56,771 nt of DNA from Bryobacterales bacterium (GTDB taxonomy: Bacteria > Acidobacteriota > Terriglobia > Bryobacterales > Bryobacteraceae): NCBI GenBank assembly GCA_030693045.1, contig JAUYBU010000048.1:1-56771 (forward strand). The letters run 5' to 3'. The translations under genes were made by a program, and so were the position numbers. The stretch's first letter is position 1, and every line of letters starts with the position of its first letter. Positions 26,453-35,548 of the stretch are shown piece by piece. The notes beneath the pieces were generated by a model. The model saw nothing but the letters and a program-made list of their open reading frames with translations, was not told where the DNA came from and did not search any database.

Positions 26453-27531
26453 TTCAAGCCTCCCTTCCAGGCCGCCAGTAGCTCCGCTTCCTTGCGCGGC
26501 TGGGGCCCCGCGAGCTTGGTTCGCCCGCCTTCACCCTGCGTTTTGTACCAGGCGAGCGTGTCCCGGACCGTGTCCTGGTATGGGCGGAATTTCAGCCCCG
26601 CCTTGACCGCGCGCGCATTCTTCCACGTGTGGAACCCGCGCGTGTCGCCCCGGTACGGCGCCCAGATCGGGAAAACCCCTTCGCCTTGTTTGGCGACCCA
26701 ATCGCCTGGGACCCATGTCAGCGCGCTCTTGTTCGAACCGGCCTTGCGGCAGGCTTCCAGAAGATCGCCCCACGCCAGACGGCTCGCCGGCCCGGTCGCA
26801 TTGAACACGTCCATGACACGGTTCTCGACCAGGGTGACCAGCCACGCGCCGAGATCGCGCACGTCGATGAACTGCACCGGGTCACCCGGCGCTCCAGGCG
26901 CGAGCACTTCTCCGCCGCGGTCGATCCGCACGGGCCAGTAGGCGAACCGCCCGCTAGGGTCGTCGGGCCCGACGATGTAGCCCGGCCGCACGACGGTGGC
27001 GCGCGCCGGCAGCGCGTCCCGCACGGCCTTTTCGCACAGCGCCTTCAGCGCGCCGAAGGTCTGTTCGGTGATGGTTTCGACGGTCGGGTCGGCGATGGCG
27101 GCGAGCTTCGCCGTCTCGTCCTGATTTTCAATACTGTTATCCGCGTACACCGAAATCGACGAGATGAGAATGTAGTGCTTGACGTTGGGCGCCAGCAGCC
27201 GGGCCGAGGCTCCGACCTGTCGCGGGAAGTATCCCGAGTTGTCGATCACGGCGTCCCACTGGCGGCCCCGGAGCGCCTTGAGGCCCTCGCCCTTGTCCGG
27301 GTCGCGGTCGCCCTGCAACTTCTCGATGTCGGGGAACAGCCCGGGCCGGGTCTTGCCGCGGTTGAACAGCGTCAACTGGTGACCGCGCGCCCGCACCGCC
27401 TCGACCGTCGCCGGGCCAAGAAATCCCGTGCCGCCCAGGATCAGGATCCGCTTCTTCGCAGGCGTCGCCGCCAGCGCCGCCACGCTCCCCAGCAAATCCC
27501 GGCGAGTCGGGCCGCGTGGGTTCACGCTCAC
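26449..27531 (-). CDS. NAD-dependent epimerase/dehydratase (SDR) family protein, Tat signal
   Basis: GTG at 27531 overlaps the upstream stop (GTGA). VSVNPRGPTRRDLLGSVAALAATPA signal, then the Rossmann motif ILILGGTGFLG. Confidence 0.8.
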   Translation of the reverse strand: MSVNPRGPTRRDLLGSVAALAATPAKKRILILGGTGFLGPATVEAVRARGHQLTLFNRGKTRPGLFPDIEKLQGDRDPDKGEGLKALRGRQWDAVIDNSGYFPRQVGASARLLAPNVKHYILISSISVYADNSIENQDETAKLAAIADPTVETITEQTFGALKALCEKAVRDALPARATVVRPGYIVGPDDPSGRFAYWPVRIDRGGEVLAPGAPGDPVQFIDVRDLGAWLVTLVENRVMDVFNATGPASRLAWGDLLEACRKAGSNKSALTWVPGDWVAKQGEGVFPIWAPYRGDTRGFHTWKNARAVKAGLKFRPYQDTVRDTLAWYKTQGEGGRTKLAGPQPRKEAELLAAWKGGLK

Positions 27532-28790
27532 TTCCCGTCTCCTTTGCGAGCCTGGTTGAGGATCTGGCGCAGCCTTTGGCCCACCATCAAATCCTCGCCC
27601 GGTTGCATGGTCATCGAGATGATGCGGATGGAGTCGTTCTTGCGCGGCGTCTTCCGGTCGCCGCCGTAAACCGCGGACACCATGCTCGGATTGTTCGCGG
27701 TCAGGACTTCGATGCGCGGATCGCCTTCGCGCAACTTGCGGTCGCAGTCGGCGACGGTGAAGCCCCATTTCTGCTCGTCCCAAGTGACCACCAAGGTGGG
27801 GTAGCGGTTGCCGCCCTGCGGAATCTCGATCTTGGTTTGAACGTCCGGAACCGTGTCCACCAGCTTCTGGATGCGCTTGACGCGCTCGCCCCACTGGCGA
27901 TTGAGCGCGTCGAGGTCCATCTTCATCCACGCTTCCACCGCCGCCAGGCAGCCCATGATCTCTTCTTTGCCCACCTTCATCGCGCGGCACACGGCGCCTT
28001 CCCACGGGCTGCTATTGGCCAGGGCGGCTTCGATCAGATCTTTGCGGCCTAGAAGCAGGCCCGAGCATTGCGGCCCGCAAAGCCCCTTGCCGCCGCTGAA
28101 GGTATAGAGATCGATTCCCATCTTGGCGTACAGCTTAAGATTCCCGATCGGCGGGATGCCCGCGGCGTCATCCAATAACAGCGGCACCTTGGCGGCCCTG
28201 GCGATGTCCACGGCCTTCTGGAGCCGCTCGCCCAGCGCCGTGGTGTAGATCATCGCGGTGTCGGCGTTGATGGCGGTCTGTAGTTCGTCGTGAGTGCGGA
28301 CCACTACCAGCTTGCCTCCGGCCAGCCGGAGGGCGCTGTCGAACGCGCTGCGGCCGCCGAACATGACCACTTCGCTCTTGAGCCCGGTGGTGTCGGGAAG
28401 CTGCCAAATTCGCGCCGGATCGGCGCCCGCGATGCAGGCCGCCGTGGCCGCGGCCATGGCTCCGGCGGCGCCGGAGGTGACCATGCCGGATTCGGCGCCC
28501 GATAGCTCGGCCAGCCGTTTGCCCACCGCGCGCTGCAATTCGTACATGTCCACGAAATACATCGCCGCTTGCGTCTTGGCCGCGCGGACTTCGGCGAGTT
28601 CCAGCGAACCGCTCAGGTAGGTCCAGGTGCCCCGTGCGTTGATGAACGGCCGGACTCCGATGCGCGCGTAGATGTTGTTGCGCGCGCCCCAGGTTTTGGC
28701 CCAAAGCTGGCGGGCGTTCACCGAGCCAAGCAGCGGCAGCGCGGCTACCCATTTCACGAATGCGCGGCGGTTGAATCGAGTCGAATTCAT
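27528..28790 (-). CDS. SelA-like / DgaE-like PLP-dependent enzyme, Tat signal
   Basis: ATG at 28790 (GGAGG upstream) overlaps the upstream stop (ATGA). MNSTRFNRRAFVKWVAALPLLGS signal. FSGGKGLCGPQ carries the PLP-lysine motif typical of the SelA-like family. Confidence 0.7.
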   Translation of the reverse strand: MNSTRFNRRAFVKWVAALPLLGSVNARQLWAKTWGARNNIYARIGVRPFINARGTWTYLSGSLELAEVRAAKTQAAMYFVDMYELQRAVGKRLAELSGAESGMVTSGAAGAMAAATAACIAGADPARIWQLPDTTGLKSEVVMFGGRSAFDSALRLAGGKLVVVRTHDELQTAINADTAMIYTTALGERLQKAVDIARAAKVPLLLDDAAGIPPIGNLKLYAKMGIDLYTFSGGKGLCGPQCSGLLLGRKDLIEAALANSSPWEGAVCRAMKVGKEEIMGCLAAVEAWMKMDLDALNRQWGERVKRIQKLVDTVPDVQTKIEIPQGGNRYPTLVVTWDEQKWGFTVADCDRKLREGDPRIEVLTANNPSMVSAVYGGDRKTPRKNDSIRIISMTMQPGEDLMVGQRLRQILNQARKGDGK

Positions 28791-30211
28791 TGTGTTACCT
28801 CCTTGCGGGCAATGGCAATCAGCGACGTCGGGCCCCAGGGCAGAAGAGGATCGATTCTTCGCCAGAGCCAGACAAATCGCTCGAAGAACAGGAGCGAGAG
28901 GCGGCCGACCCGCGGCCGCTTCAGAATACGCGACTTCAGGAGCCAACCGGGACGCGAGATGCGATTGAAATCGACGATCCGCTCGACCTGGAGGCCGGCC
29001 TCGCGGATTCGCGCTTCCAAATCCCGGCGCGAGTAGCGGCGGTGATGGCCCAGAACGGCGTCCAACCGCCCGTAGAGTTCCGGGCCGTTGGGGACCAGGA
29101 TGATGGCCCGGCCGCCCGGTTCGAGCGCCTCGCGGATGTTCTCGAGCGCCGCCAGGTCGTCTTCGATGTGCTCCAGCACGTTGAGGCAGATCACGGTGTC
29201 AACCGAGCCGGCGAAGCGGCGGAAATGCTCGGAGTTCGACAGGTCGCAGACCGCCGTTTCCAGGTTGGGCCGGTGGCGCAGGCGGGTGCGAAGACGCAGC
29301 AGGTGTTCGGCGTCGATGTCGGTAGCGATGTAGCGCTCGCGCCGCCGCGCCAGTTGCCGGCTCAGATTGCCCATGCCGGCGCCGATCTCCAGAACGCGCC
29401 GGCCCACGAAAGGCGCTATGGTGTCCGCCATCCAGCGGTTGAAGCGAGGGGTGGCGGCGAATTCATCCAGGATCTCGGCGCCCGCGTCCGTGTACAGGTC
29501 GCGCGTGACCCAATTGCGAAGAATCACCAGGACCGCCGCGAATGCGTCCCCAGCGCCGATTTTCTTTCCATCCTCGTAGGTGCGCCCTTCGTAGCTGATG
29601 GGCACTTCGTAAATGCGCGCCTGCCGCTTGGCGAGTTTGATGGTGATTTCGGGTTCGATGCCGAACCGGTCGCTGCGAATTGGAATGGTCTTCACCAGGG
29701 AGGTGCGGAACGCCTTGTAACAGGTTTCGACATCGGTGAGGTTGAGATCGGCGGCGATGTTGCACAGCGTGGTCAGGATGTGATTGGCCACCGAGTGCCA
29801 GAAATACAGAACGCGACGCCGGCCCGAACTGGCGAAGCGGGAACCGTAAACCGCGTCGGCGACACCGTCCAGCAAGGGTTCCAGGAGCCGGCCGTATTCG
29901 CCGGGATTGTATTCGAGGTCGGCGTCCTGGATCAGGGAGAACTCGCCGCGCGCTTCACCCAGCGCCCGGCGCACGGCGGCGCCCTTGCCGCGGTTGCGGT
30001 CCAACCGCACCAGTTGGATCAGGCCCGGGTGCTGTTGCGACACGCTCTCGACCACCGCGGCCGAATCGTCGGTGGAGCCGTCGTCCACCACGATGATCTC
30101 GCGCTCGAGGCCGGCGGGCAGCGGCGCCGCCAGGACCCTTTCCAGAATCGTGCCGACGTATTCCTCCTCGTTATAGACGGGGACGAGAATCGAGAGCAGA
30201 CCGGACTGCAT
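28787..30211 (-). CDS. glycosyltransferase family 2 fused to a class I SAM-dependent methyltransferase
   Basis: LSILVPVYNEEEYV...VVDDGSTDDS...QDADLEY are GT2 motifs. The C-terminal half has VLEIGAGMGNL...LNVLEHIEDD, a methyltransferase fold. Confidence 0.85.
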   Translation of the reverse strand: MQSGLLSILVPVYNEEEYVGTILERVLAAPLPAGLEREIIVVDDGSTDDSAAVVESVSQQHPGLIQLVRLDRNRGKGAAVRRALGEARGEFSLIQDADLEYNPGEYGRLLEPLLDGVADAVYGSRFASSGRRRVLYFWHSVANHILTTLCNIAADLNLTDVETCYKAFRTSLVKTIPIRSDRFGIEPEITIKLAKRQARIYEVPISYEGRTYEDGKKIGAGDAFAAVLVILRNWVTRDLYTDAGAEILDEFAATPRFNRWMADTIAPFVGRRVLEIGAGMGNLSRQLARRRERYIATDIDAEHLLRLRTRLRHRPNLETAVCDLSNSEHFRRFAGSVDTVICLNVLEHIEDDLAALENIREALEPGGRAIILVPNGPELYGRLDAVLGHHRRYSRRDLEARIREAGLQVERIVDFNRISRPGWLLKSRILKRPRVGRLSLLFFERFVWLWRRIDPLLPWGPTSLIAIARKEVTQ

Positions 30212-30300
30212 GAACCTACGATGCTAGCACTCGGCCGCGGCTTCTGGAATCCGCCGGCCGCTCCCGAGAGCGCGTGAGAGAATCCTGCGGGCGGGCCGGG

Positions 30301-30579
30301 CTACTTGAGCCCCAGGTGAGCTTCGACGCGCGTGAGCCGGTTGTCGAATTCGATGACCTTGCCGATGAGCAGGTCGATCTTGGCTTCGACGCTGTCCAGG
30401 CGGCGCTCGATCGCGGCGAAACGCCGGTCTATTTCGGCGCGGAGGGCGCCGATGTGGGCCATGACGTCGTTGACCCGGTTGTTCATGTTGCTGTTGTTCA
30501 GCAAGACCCCGATCAGCACGATGATAATCGTAGTGATCGGCATTACCGCGACGGAGACAAAGAATTGCATGTCGCTCAT
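30301..30579 (-). CDS. small membrane-anchored coiled-coil protein (paralog A)
   Basis: 92 aa with an N-terminal TM helix (FFVSVAVMPITTIIIVLIGVLL), then a heptad-like region ending GKVIEFDNRLTRVEAHLGLK. It is a tandem paralog of 30671-30946. Confidence 0.6.
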   Translation of the reverse strand: MSDMQFFVSVAVMPITTIIIVLIGVLLNNSNMNNRVNDVMAHIGALRAEIDRRFAAIERRLDSVEAKIDLLIGKVIEFDNRLTRVEAHLGLK

Positions 30580-30670
30580 GGCTGCCCCCAGTATATCGCA
30601 GTCCCGCCCGCGGCCGATTCTCTATCGGCGTTGTGGGGGGCGCTGCCGGGCTGACCCGGGCCGGCCCGGG

Positions 30671-30946
30671 CTACTTGAGCCCCAGGTGAGCTTCGACGCG
30701 CGTGAGCCGGTTGTCGAATTCGATGACCTTGCCGGTGAGCAGGTCGATCTTGGTTTCGACACTGTCGAGCCTGCGCTCGACAGCGGCGAAGCGCCGCTCC
30801 ATCTCGGCGCGAAAATCGGCCATGCGCCCGAGCACGTCCTGACGAAGATCGGACAGGCGTGAATTGTTCAGCAGAATCCCGATCATGACCACGATGACCG
30901 TTGGCACGGTCGCCAGCGCGATGGTGAGCAGTTGCGTGTCGCTCAT
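30671..30946 (-). CDS. small membrane-anchored coiled-coil protein (paralog B)
   Basis: 91 aa with the same architecture and the same last 22 residues as paralog A. Confidence 0.6.
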   Translation of the reverse strand: MSDTQLLTIALATVPTVIVVMIGILLNNSRLSDLRQDVLGRMADFRAEMERRFAAVERRLDSVETKIDLLTGKVIEFDNRLTRVEAHLGLK

Positions 30947-31006
30947 AGCTGTCTTTAGTGTACCGCAGTCCCGCCCGCGGCCGATGCCGCCCCAGGGCAG
31001 TGCGCC

Positions 31007-32767
31007 CTACAGAACCGGTTCCAGAGCCAGGGATTGGAAGTACATCAGATAGTGGTCGGACGCGGCGGCGGGCCATATGGCGACCTTGTACTCGCCCGCT
31101 TTGGCGATCTTCACGACGCCCAGATCGAAGGTCTTGTACTGATACCAATCGCCCGTCGGCTCCACCACGCCTGTGAGTGACTGCGGGCCGATCGCCACGA
31201 CGTACTTGCTCTGCCCCCAATCCCGCCGGGCGGCATAGCGAATACTCACTTTGTAGGTTCCCGCCTGGCTCACCAGCAGACGCCAGGTGATCGAGTCCTC
31301 CGGGCCGGTCCACTTCGAGATATGGAACTTTCCGTCACGGTTAAACCGCTTCACCGCCTTCCCGGCGGTCACTGCTCCCAAGTAGTCCAACTCGAAGGCC
31401 GAGTCACTGCCCTGAGTGATAAGCGGCGGGTCCGCGTTGGGCGGGCCAGACACATCCAGCACCACCACTGTGTCGTCTTCATCCGGGCTCTTGGCCGGCA
31501 GCGCAACCGAGATAACACGGTTTTCCCGGCTCACCGCCAGCTCGCGGGACGGATCGACCAGCAGGTACGCGGACCGAACCTGGTTGTTCAAACCGCTCAA
31601 TCGCAGCACCGCGTCGGCGGGCCAACTGAACACGTGCAGGTAGACCTTCTCTCCCTTCACCGTGCAGCGTCCCCAGGGAAACTCCGCCAGCGGGCAGGCC
31701 GATGTTCCGTAGATGCTATCGCCGTTCTTCCGCATCCAAGCGCCCACTTTTTCCAGCACGGCGACGCTGGGCGGCGGTATGGTCCCATCGGCCATCGGTC
31801 CGATGTTGAGCAGATAGTTACCGCCCTTGCCCACGATCTCGACCAGCCGTTGGATCACGTTGCCGGCCGTCTTCCATTGCTGGTCGAACTTACTGTAGCC
31901 CCAGGTTGTGTTCAGAGTTTGCGGCGTCTCCCAGTACTCCTCCAGTCCTCCGGTTGGCATGCCGTTGTCGTTCATGTTCTGGTAATCGCCCATCAGCTCC
32001 TGACCGTAGTTACCCACGCGCCCGTTGATCAGGCAGCGCGGCTGCAAACCGCGAACCAGGTTCACGAAGTCCTGCGCCTGCCGCGGCGTGTTGAGGCCGC
32101 GGTCGAACCAGACTAGCCCGAGTGGACCGTAGTCTGTCAGCAACTCGCGGACCTGCGGCTTGGATTTCTGTTCCAGGTAACGCTCGAAATCCTTCTTGGT
32201 TCTGTCGTAGTCCCAGTTATTGCCGTAACCGTCCGGGTGGTCCCAGTCTTCGCGATGCGAATAGTAAACGCAGAACCGGATGCCCGCTTTCCGGCAGGCT
32301 TCGGATAGCTCCTTCAGCGGGTCTCGCTTGAAAGGCGTCCAGTCCACGATGTTAGACTCACTGACTCGCGAATGGTACATCGCGAAACCATCGTGGTGCT
32401 TGGCGGTGATCACCAAATACTTCATCCCCGCCGCCTTGGCCAGACTCACCCACTGTTCGGCATTGAACTTGACGGGATTCATCCGCCGCGCCATCTCCCG
32501 GTATTCCTTCACCGGAATATTGAATCGCTGCATGATCCATTCGCCCTCGTCGCCGACGGGCACGCGCTGGCCTTTCCATTCGCCGGCCGGAAGCGAATAC
32601 GGGCCCCAATGGATAAACATTCCGAGCTTGTCTTGCCGGAACCACCGAATGCGCTCTTCGGCACTGACGGATGTGTCCGCCGGATTGACTTGACCGCTCA
32701 AGTTCGATCCCCAACCGGCCCCCATCAGACCGGCCAGGATCGACACGATGGCAATTCTATCTCTCAT
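31007..32767 (-). CDS. alpha-L-fucosidase (GH29) with C-terminal beta-sandwich/CBM-like region, Sec signal
   Basis: Start trimmed to MRDRIAIVSILAGLMGAGWG (ATG 32767). GMFIHWGPYS and TAKHHDGFAMY are GH29 motifs. Confidence 0.85.
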   Translation of the reverse strand: MRDRIAIVSILAGLMGAGWGSNLSGQVNPADTSVSAEERIRWFRQDKLGMFIHWGPYSLPAGEWKGQRVPVGDEGEWIMQRFNIPVKEYREMARRMNPVKFNAEQWVSLAKAAGMKYLVITAKHHDGFAMYHSRVSESNIVDWTPFKRDPLKELSEACRKAGIRFCVYYSHREDWDHPDGYGNNWDYDRTKKDFERYLEQKSKPQVRELLTDYGPLGLVWFDRGLNTPRQAQDFVNLVRGLQPRCLINGRVGNYGQELMGDYQNMNDNGMPTGGLEEYWETPQTLNTTWGYSKFDQQWKTAGNVIQRLVEIVGKGGNYLLNIGPMADGTIPPPSVAVLEKVGAWMRKNGDSIYGTSACPLAEFPWGRCTVKGEKVYLHVFSWPADAVLRLSGLNNQVRSAYLLVDPSRELAVSRENRVISVALPAKSPDEDDTVVVLDVSGPPNADPPLITQGSDSAFELDYLGAVTAGKAVKRFNRDGKFHISKWTGPEDSITWRLLVSQAGTYKVSIRYAARRDWGQSKYVVAIGPQSLTGVVEPTGDWYQYKTFDLGVVKIAKAGEYKVAIWPAAASDHYLMYFQSLALEPVL

Positions 32768-32840
32768 AAGTGGATGTCCTTTCACGGCACCTACAGCGCC
32801 TCCCAGTATACAACGAGTGATGAGGCCGATCATCGAGAAC

Positions 32841-34178
32841 TCACCGCCGGGCCAGTAACTGCCCTCTCACAAAGAACGCCCTGCCGACAGCCAGTAACAC
32901 GGCACAACTGACCACCAGCTTGACCTCGAACAGCCAGACGGAACTGACGCCCGCCGGAGGCACGAAGGAAAACGCCAGCCCGGCGGCCGTCACCGCCGCT
33001 CCCGACATCCCGCTCCAGCGGTGACCGTGTTTCCAGGCCGTCGCGAACAGGTACAGGAACGGGATGAAGTAAGTGATGACGGTCATGTCGACCAGTAACT
33101 GGTAGGCGGTGCGGAGATTCTCGCCAAGCTGCATCACCACCAGGAAAATCGTGCAAGCGGCGCCCTGCGTGAGCAGGGCCACGTGAGGCGTCCCCCAACG
33201 CGGGTGCAGCCTGGCAAAGGACGCCGGAAGATAACGGTCCAGGCCGATGACGAAGGCGAGCCTGGCGCCTCCACTCATCCACGCGCCGAACTGTCCCGCA
33301 AACCCGAGCGCGATCAGTGCCGCCAGAACCGGCGCGATCCAATAAATGCCCAGCCCGCTTGCGGCCGCCTCGCCGGCTTGCGCGAGGCCCGTGACGACGC
33401 TGACCCGCTCGGGCGGAAGCAGAACCAGAATGGCGAGCGTTCCCAGCACGTAAAAGCCCGCGATGGCCAGTCCGCTGATCCAGGCGGCGCGGCGCACCGT
33501 GCGGCGCGGGTCGCGGATCTCACCGCACAGGATGGCGCCTAGTTCCAGCCCGCCGAAGGCAAAGGCGATCTGCGACCAGAAATTCAGGCTGGTCCAGTTC
33601 CACGCGGGCACGACGTCGAGGCGCGTGGCGGCGCCGTGCCTCGCGAATGCTACCGCGCCCGCCGCAATCAGGCCCGCACCGGCCGCGCAGGTGGCCAGCG
33701 CTCCCAGGTTCTGGGTCCACTTACCCACGCGCAGGCCCACCAGGTTGGTCGCCAGCACCAGCCACAGGACCATCAGGGAAGCGGTCACCACCACCAAGCG
33801 ATTCTCGGCCAGAGCCGCATACTCGCTGCCGCCGGTGTAGAGCGCCGTCCCCACCCCCGCCATCAACAGGTTGGGAAAGTAGAACAGGTTACTGATCCAG
33901 TAACACCAGCCGCACAGAAAACCGTGCCAATCGCCAAAGCTGTGCGCGGTCCAATTGTAGATGCCGCCCTCTTCGGGGAACCGCGCCGTGAGGCCGGCGA
34001 CGGAAAGCGCCAAAGGGACAAAAAAGAATACCGCCGCGCCGGCCCACAGCGCCAGCGAGCCGGGACCGATGTGCGCGGCGGTCGCCAGCCAGCGGATGCT
34101 GGCGACCGCGGCGATGTTGAACAGGATCAGGTCCCGCAGTCCCAGTTCGCGCCGCAGCGACGGTGGCGGTTCCGGCAT
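32841..34178 (-). CDS. APC-family amino acid/polyamine permease
   Basis: 445 aa and about 12 TM helices. N-terminal RELGLRDLILFNIAAVASIRW is typical of the APC superfamily. Confidence 0.85.
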   Translation of the reverse strand: MPEPPPSLRRELGLRDLILFNIAAVASIRWLATAAHIGPGSLALWAGAAVFFFVPLALSVAGLTARFPEEGGIYNWTAHSFGDWHGFLCGWCYWISNLFYFPNLLMAGVGTALYTGGSEYAALAENRLVVVTASLMVLWLVLATNLVGLRVGKWTQNLGALATCAAGAGLIAAGAVAFARHGAATRLDVVPAWNWTSLNFWSQIAFAFGGLELGAILCGEIRDPRRTVRRAAWISGLAIAGFYVLGTLAILVLLPPERVSVVTGLAQAGEAAASGLGIYWIAPVLAALIALGFAGQFGAWMSGGARLAFVIGLDRYLPASFARLHPRWGTPHVALLTQGAACTIFLVVMQLGENLRTAYQLLVDMTVITYFIPFLYLFATAWKHGHRWSGMSGAAVTAAGLAFSFVPPAGVSSVWLFEVKLVVSCAVLLAVGRAFFVRGQLLARR

Positions 34179-34186
34179 GTTTCATG

Positions 34187-35503
34187 CTACCTTGCCGCGG
34201 CAGCGGCGTCGAAAGCTCTGCCGTAGAAATCCTCACTGCCAAAGTTACCCGACTTGAGCACCATCGGGATACATCGCCCTTCCAAGGGAAGACAAAGTGG
34301 CACCCCCGGTTGGATGTTCTTTCCCACCGCCAGGCCGCGGATCCGCAGCCGCCGGCAGAGCGCGCTCGAAGTTTCGCCACCCGCGCTCACCAGAACATCC
34401 GGCGGGACGGTCTCGATGGCCCGCGCGGCAACGTCAGCCAGTCCCGCGGCAATCTTCAGCCCCAACTCGGCAGGGCTCCAGCCCCTTTCCACGCCCCACT
34501 TCTGCGCGGCAATGAGGTCCGCCGGAGCCGAACGGGTCTTCAGCAATACCGTTTGATTGCCAGCCAATGCCCTCCCGATCGGCCCGGCCAGTTGGGCGGC
34601 ATCTCCACAGGCGAGGGCGCGCGCCTCCACCTCAAAGACATTGGCGCCCTGCCGGGAGAGCCACTCGTTCTGCGCTGCCGTCGCAACCGAACAACTTCCC
34701 GCCACCACCAGCCGGCCCCGGCCCGGCGCGCGCAACCGATCCGGCCACAAGGCGCCCGGGGCGGGTGTGAACCAGCCTCGCCGATTCCAGGCGGCGGGCA
34801 GGTGCCGGCCAAACGTCGAACTCCCGCTCACCAACCGATAATCCGCGGCAGCTTCGCACAATTCGGCCGCGTGTTCTTCACTCAGACAATCGAGAATCGA
34901 GATCGAGATCCCGTTTGCCTGCTGCTCCCGCCAGGATTGGCGAATGGCGTCGGCGCCCCGATCGACCACTTCGTGGGGAGTCAGGCCCACCCGCCGGTAA
35001 GTCTGCCGGCTCAGCCACCGGACCAGATTCGAGTCGGTCATGGGAGTCAGCGGGTGGCTGCGCATCGGCGACTCGGAAAGCAATTCTTCCTTCACGAAGT
35101 GATGTCCCCGATATGTGGTGCGGCCATTCACCGGCAGCGCCGGAAGAGCGACCGTGAACGGCTCACCCAGGATCTCCATGGCGGCGTCCAGGGAAGGCCC
35201 GATGTTGCCCGCCTCCGTTGAGTCGAAGGTGCTGCAATATTTGATTTCTATGGTACGAGGTTCCCATTCGGCGGCCAGGCTCACAGCGGCCGCGGTCTTT
35301 TGTTTCGCCACTTCGGGGGGGAGCGCCCTCGTCGCCGTCGCCAGGATGACCGCCTCGGGCGGCGGCGCACAACACAAAAGGTCTTCGGGAGAGGATGCGT
35401 CGAGCAGCAGGACCGTCCGGACCCCCTGATCCGCCAGCATTCCCGCCAGATCCGACGCGCCCGTGTCGTCGTCGGCGATGCCCGCAAACAGAACTCGTTT
35501 CAT
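34187..35503 (-). CDS. four-carbon acid sugar kinase family protein (DUF1537; OtnK/DtnK-like)
   Basis: Start trimmed to MKRVLFAGIADDDTGASDLAGML (ATG 35503). The ADDxTGAxD N-terminus and two-domain length fit the family. Confidence 0.8.
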   Translation of the reverse strand: MKRVLFAGIADDDTGASDLAGMLADQGVRTVLLLDASSPEDLLCCAPPPEAVILATATRALPPEVAKQKTAAAVSLAAEWEPRTIEIKYCSTFDSTEAGNIGPSLDAAMEILGEPFTVALPALPVNGRTTYRGHHFVKEELLSESPMRSHPLTPMTDSNLVRWLSRQTYRRVGLTPHEVVDRGADAIRQSWREQQANGISISILDCLSEEHAAELCEAAADYRLVSGSSTFGRHLPAAWNRRGWFTPAPGALWPDRLRAPGRGRLVVAGSCSVATAAQNEWLSRQGANVFEVEARALACGDAAQLAGPIGRALAGNQTVLLKTRSAPADLIAAQKWGVERGWSPAELGLKIAAGLADVAARAIETVPPDVLVSAGGETSSALCRRLRIRGLAVGKNIQPGVPLCLPLEGRCIPMVLKSGNFGSEDFYGRAFDAAAAAR

Positions 35504-35548
35504 GGCCGTGGCCTTCCTCCTCGCAATAATAACTATGCCAGTTCGGCA

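Larger units (their letters stand above)
30296..30985. repeat. about 370-bp tandem duplication carrying the two small genes
   Basis: 30296-30364 is identical to 30666-30734 (69 nt). CGCAGTCCCGCCCGCGGCCGAT is repeated at 30597-30618 and 30964-30985. The sequence between these blocks is clearly diverged. Confidence 0.85.

Noticed and set aside
27528-28790. SelA-like gene as evidence for selenocysteine machinery
   Set aside because: The protein has a Tat export signal and sits in a glycan-processing operon. There is no selB, selD, tRNA-Sec or in-frame TGA/SECIS candidate in the window.
28790-30277. 495-aa plus-strand ORF, with comparable antisense ORFs at 22695-24023, 25077-26363, 16466-17575, 41342-42550 and 35613-37349
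   Set aside because: All are antisense to genes with clear family motifs (GT2::methyltransferase, heparinase-like, sulfatase, Gfo/Idh/MocA, URO-D family, ftsK). They show the same Arg/Ala/Gly/Pro-biased composition.
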